Source of the DNA: a virus
IMG/VR virus record: IMGVR_UViG_3300036715_002961
Span: 24,801-88,800 of that record
Strand: one strand, 5' to 3'
DNA: 64,000 bases
The position numbers and the translations under genes are program-made. The stretch's first letter is position 1; each line of letters opens with the position of its first letter. This document shows, one piece after another, positions 55,133 to 62,681 of the stretch. The notes below the pieces were generated by a model that had not been told where the DNA came from, searched no databases, and was given only the letters and a program-made list of their open reading frames with translations.

Positions 55133-55661
55133 ATGCGAAACGTCCGCCCATCGCCACAACCGACGGCAACGGGTCGGGCTGGTCGGGACTCACGGCGTGA
55201 CGGCGGAGCGCCTGGATGTGCTCGTCTGCGAACACCTGGTCGACCGTTTTTGCGTACTTCATTTCGCTGAGGACCGACCAAACTACGTGACGCAAATGGT
55301 CGTATTTGTGGCCCAAATCGCGAACGTTGATATCTTGGGCGGGGGGCGCCGGTTCGGATTCGGTAACCGCTACCGGGGGGTGCTTCCCCGACATAATCAA
55401 GCCGATGATCCCATATCCGGCGATGTCGCCCCACGGGGATTCGCCGAACGCGTCGGCATCCTTTGCCAGCCGCGAAAGCTTGTCGAGGACGCGCACCATG
55501 AGCAGCGTTTGCGTGAACATTTTCGGGGGGATCGGCTCGCCGTCGAAAAGGATCTCAAGAATCTGGCCGGATTTAGCAAACGACGATCCATAGGCCTGAT
55601 TTTTCTTGAAGAGCAGCTCACCGAGGTTGCGGCAAGCTTCGAGAATCACTTCGCGTTTCAT
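55131..55661 (-). CDS. Nucleotide-modification-associated domain protein (DUF1599-like)
   Basis: KKNQAYGSSF...RVLDKLSRL...ESPWGDIAGYGI. Confidence 0.8.
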   Translation of the reverse strand: MKREVILEACRNLGELLFKKNQAYGSSFAKSGQILEILFDGEPIPPKMFTQTLLMVRVLDKLSRLAKDADAFGESPWGDIAGYGIIGLIMSGKHPPVAVTESEPAPPAQDINVRDLGHKYDHLRHVVWSVLSEMKYAKTVDQVFADEHIQALRRHAVSPDQPDPLPSVVAMGGRFA

Positions 55662-55849
55662 GGTTGCACCTTGCACTTGGAATGTAGGACGGAATAGAGG
55701 GCGACGCGACGACGGGGGGCGACGCAGCGCCACCGGGTTACGTCGCCGCAGCGGCTGCACGTCAGGCGGACGTCTGCTGCATCGCCCTGGTCGTCCCATT
55801 CCCCGCTTGTGTGGGGCGACCAGGGCGGTGACCAGCTAGCGACGGTCAT
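55658..55849 (-). CDS. Small zinc-finger protein
   Basis: CSRC...HSKC. Confidence 0.45.
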   Translation of the reverse strand: MTVASWSPPWSPHTSGEWDDQGDAADVRLTCSRCGDVTRWRCVAPRRRVALYSVLHSKCKVQP

Positions 55850-56099
55850 ACGCACGGCGCGCGCGGCCAAGGGCCCGCCGGTAGCGCGCGAGCTGGCGGC
55901 CTTGGCGCGAGGACGTGGCTACGAGGCCGTTGTAGCGGTCGAGCAGACTCTGGCAGGCTTGCTGCGTCGCCGCGTGCGCGGCTTGCTCAGCCTGGAGGCG
56001 TTCAGAGAGCATTTGGACTGCGTCTCGGGAGAGAGCGGACGCACTGGAGAGGACGTCGAGCGCGTCGGCGACGAGGTTGCGTTGGGGGTCGGATTTCAT
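55836..56099 (-). CDS. Small coiled-coil protein
   Basis: 87 aa, ATGA coupling. Confidence 0.5.
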   Translation of the reverse strand: MKSDPQRNLVADALDVLSSASALSRDAVQMLSERLQAEQAAHAATQQACQSLLDRYNGLVATSSRQGRQLARYRRALGRARRAYDRR

Positions 56100-56506
56100 C
56101 GACCCAAGAGGCGTTTGCGCTCGGCGAGCTGGTTCATGATGCGTTCCTCTTCGCTGCCGACGGGGATGATCGGCGACGGGGGGTAATGGGGCCCCTCGCC
56201 GAGCAGCGACACGGGGGGCGAGTTGTCACGCCAGCCGGGCTGCTCACGGTCGGCGACGGCATCGGGGTCGGGGAGCGCGAGTTGGCGAGCGTCGTACTCA
56301 AAACCGCGCGCGAAACCGGTCTGGTAGGAGGTCCGAATGAGGCGGATCGCAAACGCGCGCCAGTCGGCCGGGGACGCGGACGGATAGAGAGCCTCGAAAT
56401 CGGCGACCATGCTGTTGAGGCGGCGCGGGGGCTCGACGCCCTCGTACCAAATGCCGATGAGTTTTTCGATCCATCGGCGGAGCCAGGGGAGGCGGGCGAG
56501 GTTCAT
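56096..56506 (-). CDS. Hypothetical protein
   Basis: 136 aa, ATGA coupling. Confidence 0.55.
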   Translation of the reverse strand: MNLARLPWLRRWIEKLIGIWYEGVEPPRRLNSMVADFEALYPSASPADWRAFAIRLIRTSYQTGFARGFEYDARQLALPDPDAVADREQPGWRDNSPPVSLLGEGPHYPPSPIIPVGSEEERIMNQLAERKRLLGR

Positions 56507-57081
56507 TTGACCTTGTAATCAGCGCCGACGATGGACCGCCACGGGGCGTCGGCTGGCTTGAGGGTCGACTCGACGAACGCGTCGAGGGCGGCCTTGGTCG
56601 GGAACGACAGCTCGACGACATGCTTCGCGACCGGCTCGGGGGGCAGATCCACGGGGACGATCGGATCGTTGATCCGAACGAACGACTCGACCTCGGAAAC
56701 TGCGAAGCCGGTGAGCGATAGGTCGAAATTCTGCTTCGACAGGTCGATGAGGACGGCGGAGAGTTTCTGCTCATCCCATTCAGCGGCTTCGTTGAGGCGG
56801 TTGTCGGCGAGCGTAAACGCGGCGGCCTGCTCGTCGGTCAACTCGATGAAATGGACCGGAATTTCCCTCAAACCGAGCTTGAGAGCGGCTTTGACGCGGG
56901 TATGACCGGCGAGGATCCGAAGGTCGGAGGTACGAACGACAACGGGCGACGCAAATCCGAAGGTCTCGATGCTGCGGGCAACCTTCGCGACGACGTCGTC
57001 GTTACGACGAGGGTTTTGATCCCAGGGGACCAGGCGGCGGGGGTCGATGACGAGGCTATTCGTGATCTTTTTTGAGGCCAT
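56503..57081 (-). CDS. ParB/Srx N-terminal-domain protein
   Basis: LVPWDQNPRRND, SIETFGF..PVVV, ILAGHTR.KAA, LADNR.NE..EWD. Confidence 0.88.
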   Translation of the reverse strand: MASKKITNSLVIDPRRLVPWDQNPRRNDDVVAKVARSIETFGFASPVVVRTSDLRILAGHTRVKAALKLGLREIPVHFIELTDEQAAAFTLADNRLNEAAEWDEQKLSAVLIDLSKQNFDLSLTGFAVSEVESFVRINDPIVPVDLPPEPVAKHVVELSFPTKAALDAFVESTLKPADAPWRSIVGADYKVK

Positions 57082-57622
57082 GAGCGACGATCCTTTGAAG
57101 AGCGCTGTGCGTGAGCAACGCGTCGAGGTAGGAGGCCGCAACCGAGCATTTTTCGGGGGCGGCATCGGGGAGGGGCGCGGGGTCCCGTAGCAGCAAAATC
57201 GGCGAGAGGACGCCGATTAGACCGGTACGGCGGACGTAGGCAGAGGGGAGGAAAATTCGCCAGGGCTGACCGTTGCGACGAAAGATCAAGAGCGGCTCGC
57301 CGGCCTGCTCGTCGGCTGCTTTCCAGGACTGCCGCCACCACGACCAGGCGGGATGTCGGGCGGCGGCGCCGCGGGCGGTTTGGAGCCGAGAGCCGGCCTC
57401 GCGCCGTTTCACTTCGATGACGAAGGGAAAGTCGACCGAGGTCGTCATGAGGTCGCCCGACGCCTTGAACCCAGCGCGAAGATCTTTCGTGCCCCAGCCG
57501 CCCGACGCGGGCGTTCGCGCGAAGCGAGCGGCGGGGTCGTGGGCCTGCCACCAGGGGGCGACCAGGCGAGCGATTTCCAGCTCGGCCGAGGCGCCCTTGA
57601 CGCGGCTGCTCCTACCGCCCAC
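57056..57622 (-). CDS. Holliday junction resolvase, Hjc-like PD-(D/E)xK
   Basis: SRVKGASAELEIA...GD...IEVKRR...W.Q...PLLIFRRN. Confidence 0.85.
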   Translation of the reverse strand: MGGRSSRVKGASAELEIARLVAPWWQAHDPAARFARTPASGGWGTKDLRAGFKASGDLMTTSVDFPFVIEVKRREAGSRLQTARGAAARHPAWSWWRQSWKAADEQAGEPLLIFRRNGQPWRIFLPSAYVRRTGLIGVLSPILLLRDPAPLPDAAPEKCSVAASYLDALLTHSALQRIVAHGLKKDHE

Positions 57623-57845
57623 GGCGACGGGCGCTCAGGGCGGCGCGACGGGCGGCGCGGTTGGGAAGGGCGGCGATCTGCTCTCGATGACGCTTCTGGG
57701 CGTTTTCCAGGATCGCAGCCAGCTCGACGCGCCCTTCGGGGGTCTTGGTCAGCTCGTTGTAGCGTTCGAGCATCGCGCGCTGCGTCTTGGTCAAATTCGG
57801 GAAGGAATCGATGTCGAGGGGCTTGGAGAGGTCGACCGGGTTCAT
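57612..57845 (-). CDS. Hypothetical protein
   Basis: 77 aa ending NRAARRAA. Confidence 0.55.
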   Translation of the reverse strand: MNPVDLSKPLDIDSFPNLTKTQRAMLERYNELTKTPEGRVELAAILENAQKRHREQIAALPNRAARRAALSARRRGR

Positions 57846-59818
57846 TGGATCCTTGGGACGGCCGAGCCGTCGTTGTTTTCGATGGAGATGCGAGAGGGGA
57901 GTGCGTCGAGCGCGTCGGGGGAATGGGCGATGACGAAGGCCTGCTGGATACCGGCGGCCGCGAGCATTTTAGGGATCGCGGCCGAGAGGGCGCGGCGGTT
58001 TGCCTTGTCGAGTTGGCCGAACGGCTCGTCGAGGATCGCGAGCGAGAGCTTGCCACCGCGTTGCGCGCGGAGCCACGCGGAAGCGGCAAGTTGGAATGTC
58101 AGGCCCGCCAGATCTTCGGCCGCGCCCGACTGGTCCGAGAGCAGAATTTCGAGCTTGTCGGAGGTCTGGAGGCCGCGGGCGGCGCCGCACGCACCGCACA
58201 CTTTGATCTTGGCCGAGGCCGGGAACGCAGCGCCGCAAACATCGCAAGCCTTTGCAGGCTCCTTGCCTTCGCGCTGCCACGAAACGCTGAGCGAGAGGTT
58301 GATTCCGGCAGCCGAAAGCATGTCGTTTGCGAGCACTTGGATCGCGCCGAGGCTCTGCTCTGCGACCATCCGTTGCGCACCCGTGCGACCAAACACGACC
58401 CCGGCGGCGCGTAACAGGTCAACCTCGGTTTGCGTCTTACGAATCGCCTCTTCGTGCTCGGCTTTCGAGGCATGGAGCTTGTCGATGTAGGCGAGATCGC
58501 GGTCGGCCGCTTCGAGCAGGGCCGACGCTTCGCGAACGTCACGCGTGGCGGATGAAAACTCGTCGTCGGCGCTACGGTACTCGGCCGTGACTGCGTCGGC
58601 GTCCGACTGGGCGAGCAGCGCTTTGGCCTCTTTGTACCGAGGGATCAAAAACTGCACGTCGTTGCGCAGCGAATGGATGCGGCCTTCGAGGCGCGCGAGG
58701 CGCGCGCGGATCTGCGTCGCGCGCTCTTCGGTCGCACGCGCATCGCGGGCGGAGCGGTCGAGACCGGTCAGCTCGGCGGCGATTGCTGCCGATTTCTTTT
58801 CGGCGTTGCTCCGCTGCATGTCGATTTCGAACCGGGCTGGGCACTCGAAATCGACGACGGGGCAACGGCCGTCGAACTTCCCGCCGGCGACCAGGTCGAG
58901 AGACCGGCGGGTCGACGCCAGCTCGTTGCATCGCACCTCAAGAGCCGATGTTTTTGCACGCAAAGCGGATGCTTCGCCGCCTTCGGGGAGAGCGGCAATA
59001 TCCGACCGAAGGCTGGCGATCTCTTCGCCGACGGTCTGCCCGTCAGCGACAAGGGCGTTGCGGCGCGCGACGACCTCGCGAGCGGCGGCGATGCGGTTGA
59101 CCGCTTCGACGTTCCCGACAACACGGTCTTTCGCCGCGCTGAGTCGTTTCGCCGCCGTAGACGACTCGTCGAGGGCGTAAACGCGACGGTCGAGGACGTC
59201 TTCGCGGTCGCGGGTCGCGAGCTGCGCGGTGGTCTCGTCGAGGCGCGCACGGGACGCGGCGAGCTGCGCAAGGGCGACGCTGAGCCGACCGCGAACCAGC
59301 GTGTCGGCCGCCTGGAGCGGTTCCAAGCGGAGCCACGCGGAGACGATCTCCATGCGCGTTTCCGGGCGCGCGAGGATCAGGCGAGCGATCTGGCGCTGCT
59401 GAATGCAGGTCGAGGCAAAGAAATCGGCCTCGTCGACACCCGTCAGCTCGACGATGCGGCGCTGCGCTTCGTCCTGGGTCGATTCGGCGGTGGCACCGTC
59501 GAGAACGTGGCGACACGTCAGAACCGTTTTCTTGCCTCGGTGACGCTCGCGGCGAACGATCGTGCCGTCGTCGAACTCCAACTGCACAGCACCGAACGAC
59601 TCGTTGTTGTTGATCCATTCGTCGGCGGTGCGCTTGCGATGGACGCCATAGAGCGCAAACCCGATCGATTCGATGAGCGAGGTTTTGCCGAGCCAGTTGG
59701 AGCGCTCTTCGTTGTCGGTCGAGCGGGCGACGATCGCGTAGGCTGTGTCGTCGATGTCGAGGTCGAAGGCGCCGCGGTAGCAAAGCCAGTTTGCGAGGAT
59801 AATTTTGGAAATTCTCAC
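57842..59818 (-). CDS. sbcC: SbcC/Rad50 (T4 gp46-like) ATPase
   Basis: NWLGKTS Walker A, Q-loop, coiled coil with central CP hook, QSGAA signature, ILDEPFGQLD, IAH. Confidence 0.9.
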   Translation of the reverse strand: MRISKIILANWLCYRGAFDLDIDDTAYAIVARSTDNEERSNWLGKTSLIESIGFALYGVHRKRTADEWINNNESFGAVQLEFDDGTIVRRERHRGKKTVLTCRHVLDGATAESTQDEAQRRIVELTGVDEADFFASTCIQQRQIARLILARPETRMEIVSAWLRLEPLQAADTLVRGRLSVALAQLAASRARLDETTAQLATRDREDVLDRRVYALDESSTAAKRLSAAKDRVVGNVEAVNRIAAAREVVARRNALVADGQTVGEEIASLRSDIAALPEGGEASALRAKTSALEVRCNELASTRRSLDLVAGGKFDGRCPVVDFECPARFEIDMQRSNAEKKSAAIAAELTGLDRSARDARATEERATQIRARLARLEGRIHSLRNDVQFLIPRYKEAKALLAQSDADAVTAEYRSADDEFSSATRDVREASALLEAADRDLAYIDKLHASKAEHEEAIRKTQTEVDLLRAAGVVFGRTGAQRMVAEQSLGAIQVLANDMLSAAGINLSLSVSWQREGKEPAKACDVCGAAFPASAKIKVCGACGAARGLQTSDKLEILLSDQSGAAEDLAGLTFQLAASAWLRAQRGGKLSLAILDEPFGQLDKANRRALSAAIPKMLAAAGIQQAFVIAHSPDALDALPSRISIENNDGSAVPRIQ

Positions 59819-60309
59819 AGGCGAACCTCGGCGGCGATGCTTTGAATGAGGGCGTTGAACGCAGGGCGATGTTGTTCGGGGAGAACAACGGCGGCGGCGG
59901 CCTGCTCGACGGCCTCGCGAAGGGACGGAACCGCGACGACCGCGAGTTTTGAGACGTCGGGGATGACCGCGCCTTTGGGGCGGGGAAACACGATGACGGA
60001 GGCGGCGACGTCTGCGAGAGCCGCTTTCGAGAGCCGAATGTCTTCGTCGGTCGCGTCCACGCCGGGGCGAAGGCGGACGATCTTGTCGGCGTAGCGCGAG
60101 GGGACGAGGATCGGGAGATCTGTGACCGTCACCAGGTCACGAAGAACGTCGATCCGCTCGCTCTCGACCACGAGGGGAACCCGGGTTCCCGTCTCAACAG
60201 CGGGCGGCGGGGCGAAGTACTCAGCCGCGCTCGGGGGCGGTTTCTTAGTCTTCGGAGGCTTGTCAACGGGCGGGTCGGTCGGTTGTTTTGAGGACGATTT
60301 GCGAGCCAT
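59815..60309 (-). CDS. Hypothetical protein between SbcD and SbcC (possible detached SbcD C-terminal domain)
   Basis: Translationally coupled to both; KIVRL... beta/alpha segment and terminal helices. Confidence 0.5.
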   Translation of the reverse strand: MARKSSSKQPTDPPVDKPPKTKKPPPSAAEYFAPPPAVETGTRVPLVVESERIDVLRDLVTVTDLPILVPSRYADKIVRLRPGVDATDEDIRLSKAALADVAASVIVFPRPKGAVIPDVSKLAVVAVPSLREAVEQAAAAVVLPEQHRPAFNALIQSIAAEVRL

Positions 60310-61028
60310 TATTCGCCTTTCACGATGAGAAACGCGCGATCGTTCAGCTCTTCGCAGAACGTCAGCTTTGCGAGCGAGCCGGGGATCTCAATCGGGTTCG
60401 ATGAGCCACGGGGGTAGAACGATTGGCGGGCGTGATAATGCCCGTTGAACCGGTGCATCTGCTCGGTCTCTTCGACCGGAAACAGAACGTCGCGACCGCG
60501 GCGCATGTCCGTAGTTTCTTCGCCGGGATGCATGCCGGGAATCGTGAGATGCCCGAACACAAGGTCGCCGGCGCGGGCGTTCGCGCGAACGTACTCGGCG
60601 GGCGAGTACGTGTGTGACGAGGCCGTAAACGGGAGGAACGCGAGGTTGCGGTCGGAGCCGGTGAGACGGGCAACCGACGGGCGCTCAATGACGTGAACCA
60701 AACGCAACGAACCACGCTCAAGGCCGTAAAGGGGGCAAAGACTCGTGAGACCGCTGCCGTCTTCGATGACGTCGTGATTCCCGGCCATGTAGTACTGAAT
60801 CACGCCGCGCTCGCGCAGCTCGGCGGCGAACGCAATCAGCTCTTGAAGAGCGGCGAATGCGTTGGCGCCGGTGTCGGGGTCGCAGAAATCGCCCATGAAA
60901 ATGAAGGTATCGCCGGGGTCGAGAGCGGACGCGACTTGCTGCATGCCGGCGATGAGTTCGGGGAGCCGACGAACGCCGTGCGTTACCCAGTTGAGATGCC
61001 AGTCGGAGGAAATCACGATTTTCGGCAT
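60309..61028 (-). CDS. sbcD: SbcD/Mre11 (T4 gp47-like) metallophosphoesterase nuclease
   Basis: SDWH, GDFCD, GNHD, FGH, GHYH, PGSL motifs. Confidence 0.9.
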   Translation of the reverse strand: MPKIVISSDWHLNWVTHGVRRLPELIAGMQQVASALDPGDTFIFMGDFCDPDTGANAFAALQELIAFAAELRERGVIQYYMAGNHDVIEDGSGLTSLCPLYGLERGSLRLVHVIERPSVARLTGSDRNLAFLPFTASSHTYSPAEYVRANARAGDLVFGHLTIPGMHPGEETTDMRRGRDVLFPVEETEQMHRFNGHYHARQSFYPRGSSNPIEIPGSLAKLTFCEELNDRAFLIVKGE

Positions 61029-61303
61029 AGTGTTTTCTCGGTTAACGACGACGAACGGACGCCTGATTGCGCCTCGTATTCGCGTTCTGCTTCTTGCCAT
61101 TCAGCGGTGATCAGGGCCGCGGTGCGCTTGTCCTTGCATTCAAAAAAGACCAGAAACCGTGTTTTCTCTTCGACGGTCGAAATGACGATCGAAATGACCG
61201 AGGCCGAGTAGTATTTTGAAACATGGCTACACGCACGGACGGCGCCGTTGGGTCCCGGGGCGATTAGGTAGTTGTACCCAAGCGGCGGATCATTGGTCTC
61301 CAT
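61013..61303 (-). CDS. Hypothetical protein
   Basis: 96-aa ORF between recA and sbcD. Confidence 0.45.
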   Translation of the reverse strand: METNDPPLGYNYLIAPGPNGAVRACSHVSKYYSASVISIVISTVEEKTRFLVFFECKDKRTAALITAEWQEAEREYEAQSGVRSSSLTEKTLCRKS

Positions 61304-62447
61304 CGATCACACCATCCGGGTTTGACGAGTGCTCTGCTTCGAGCCAAGCGGCGACACGAGCAATGAACGCGTCGCGGTGGGGGGACTCACGTAGGATGGC
61401 CAAAAACGCGTATTCGCCTTGGGCCTGGCCGATCTCAGGATCGGAAAGCCACGACGACGACTTTTTGATCAATCCGGCTTTGAGAGCCACGTCGAACGCG
61501 TCGCGGCACGGGTCGAGGCCGGCGGCCGACACGAGACCGTTGGCCGTGCAGAAATAAAACTTTGAGTTTTTGCCGTCCTTGCCGCCGAGCTTCGTTTTTC
61601 GGATCGTTCCGACGTGGCGCTCGCCGTAGACGACCTGCGCCTCGCCCTCTTTCTTGGGACCGATCCAGCCGGCGCGCTCGATGCGGACGACGAGCGATGA
61701 ATCGAAAAAGACGGCCTTGCCGCCGGTGACTTTGTAGTCGTTGCCGTACTTCTTATCGTTCGCGTCGGCGTCGGGATCTTCGCTCTCGCGGACGATCATG
61801 ATGATCGATGCGTTGTGCGCGTCGAGCAGCGGGACCAGCTCGTCGAGCCAGGCGGCGGTGTAGGCGGCACGAACCTGGCCAGCGCGACCGCCGACGCCGT
61901 CGACACCGTTTTTGGTCACGCCAGCCGCGACCTTCGAGGCGAGGCCGGCGGGCGTGAGCTTGCGCAAACTGTCGACGATCATCAGGGCGCCGCCGTCGGC
62001 CGGCAACTGCCCCTTGGCCCGGGCGGCCGAAACGGCCTGGAGCCATTTGCGGGCGTTGTCCATGGCCTCTTCGTAGGTCGCCGGCTTCGAGCCGAAAAAC
62101 AAGTCGCTACGAGCCGTCTCGGGGCCCATGATCAGGGCGGGGAATTTGTCGTCGAGCGTGCGCTCGGCATCGTTGTACATGACCGGGCTGCCGGCATCGA
62201 TGAAGCTCGCGGCGACGGTTAGGACGAATGTCGTCTTGCCTTCGTTGGACGGGCCATGAACCATCACGACGCGCTGAAGCGGAAAACCGTTGACGCGGGT
62301 CGCAGCGTTGAACGAAATGAGGCGTGTTTTGACCGACCGGATCGGCTGAAAAACATCACGCGCCGGGGTGAAGCCGTCGATTGAGAATGCCGTCTTTTGG
62401 AGCGCTACCGCGAGCGCTTTCGACGGCATGGTCGGATTCCTTGCCAT
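61290..62447 (-). CDS. recA: RecA/UvsX-like recombinase
   Basis: GFPLQR, GPSNEGKTT, DAE, IVDSL, TGGKAVFFDSS motifs; AGGAG RBS. Confidence 0.9.
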   Translation of the reverse strand: MARNPTMPSKALAVALQKTAFSIDGFTPARDVFQPIRSVKTRLISFNAATRVNGFPLQRVVMVHGPSNEGKTTFVLTVAASFIDAGSPVMYNDAERTLDDKFPALIMGPETARSDLFFGSKPATYEEAMDNARKWLQAVSAARAKGQLPADGGALMIVDSLRKLTPAGLASKVAAGVTKNGVDGVGGRAGQVRAAYTAAWLDELVPLLDAHNASIIMIVRESEDPDADANDKKYGNDYKVTGGKAVFFDSSLVVRIERAGWIGPKKEGEAQVVYGERHVGTIRKTKLGGKDGKNSKFYFCTANGLVSAAGLDPCRDAFDVALKAGLIKKSSSWLSDPEIGQAQGEYAFLAILRESPHRDAFIARVAAWLEAEHSSNPDGVIDGDQ

Positions 62448-62477
62448 GTATGTCTCCTACAGGCGCACCGTGGCGCC

Positions 62478-62573
62478 GGGGCTCTTCGCGAGAATCGAAC
62501 CCGCGCACACGGTAGGGGAGCCGAGATAGGTGCAAACTATCTCGGCTGCTCGCCCGCATGTTCCAAAAGAGCC
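62478..62573 (-). ncRNA. tRNA-like structured RNA (no D-arm, extended arm with TTTGCAC loop)
   Basis: GGCTCTTT/GAAGAGCC acceptor-like stem; GCGGG-TTCGATT-CTCGC T-arm; AGCCGAGATAG-TTTGCAC-CTATCTCGGCT arm. Confidence 0.5.
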
Positions 62574-62681
62574 GTCACTCGCGGATTGGCAGTTTGCAGG
62601 TTGCCGCGAGTCAACCGGGAAGGGAACACCCATCAGCACGCGCGGTAGTCCACAAAACCCGCGCGCGCTGAACTGCCATTA

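Larger units (their letters stand above)
6564..60190. repeat. Dispersed palindrome GAACCCGGGTTC (16 copies)
   Basis: Perfect 12-mer starts at 6566, 11404, 13746, 19647, 23766, 26698, 30339, 40167, 42944, 43906, 44921, 48619, 51091, 60177; one-mismatch copies at 16663 and 36507. Confidence 0.95.

Noticed and set aside
6564-60190. Palindromes as intrinsic terminators or IS/MITE ends
   Set aside because: No loop or U-tract, many lie inside coding sequence, and no target duplications or transposase are visible.
62478-62573. Canonical tRNA-Ala gene
   Set aside because: No D-stem, over-long anticodon arm, no G3:U70 pair, no CCA; reported only as tRNA-like.
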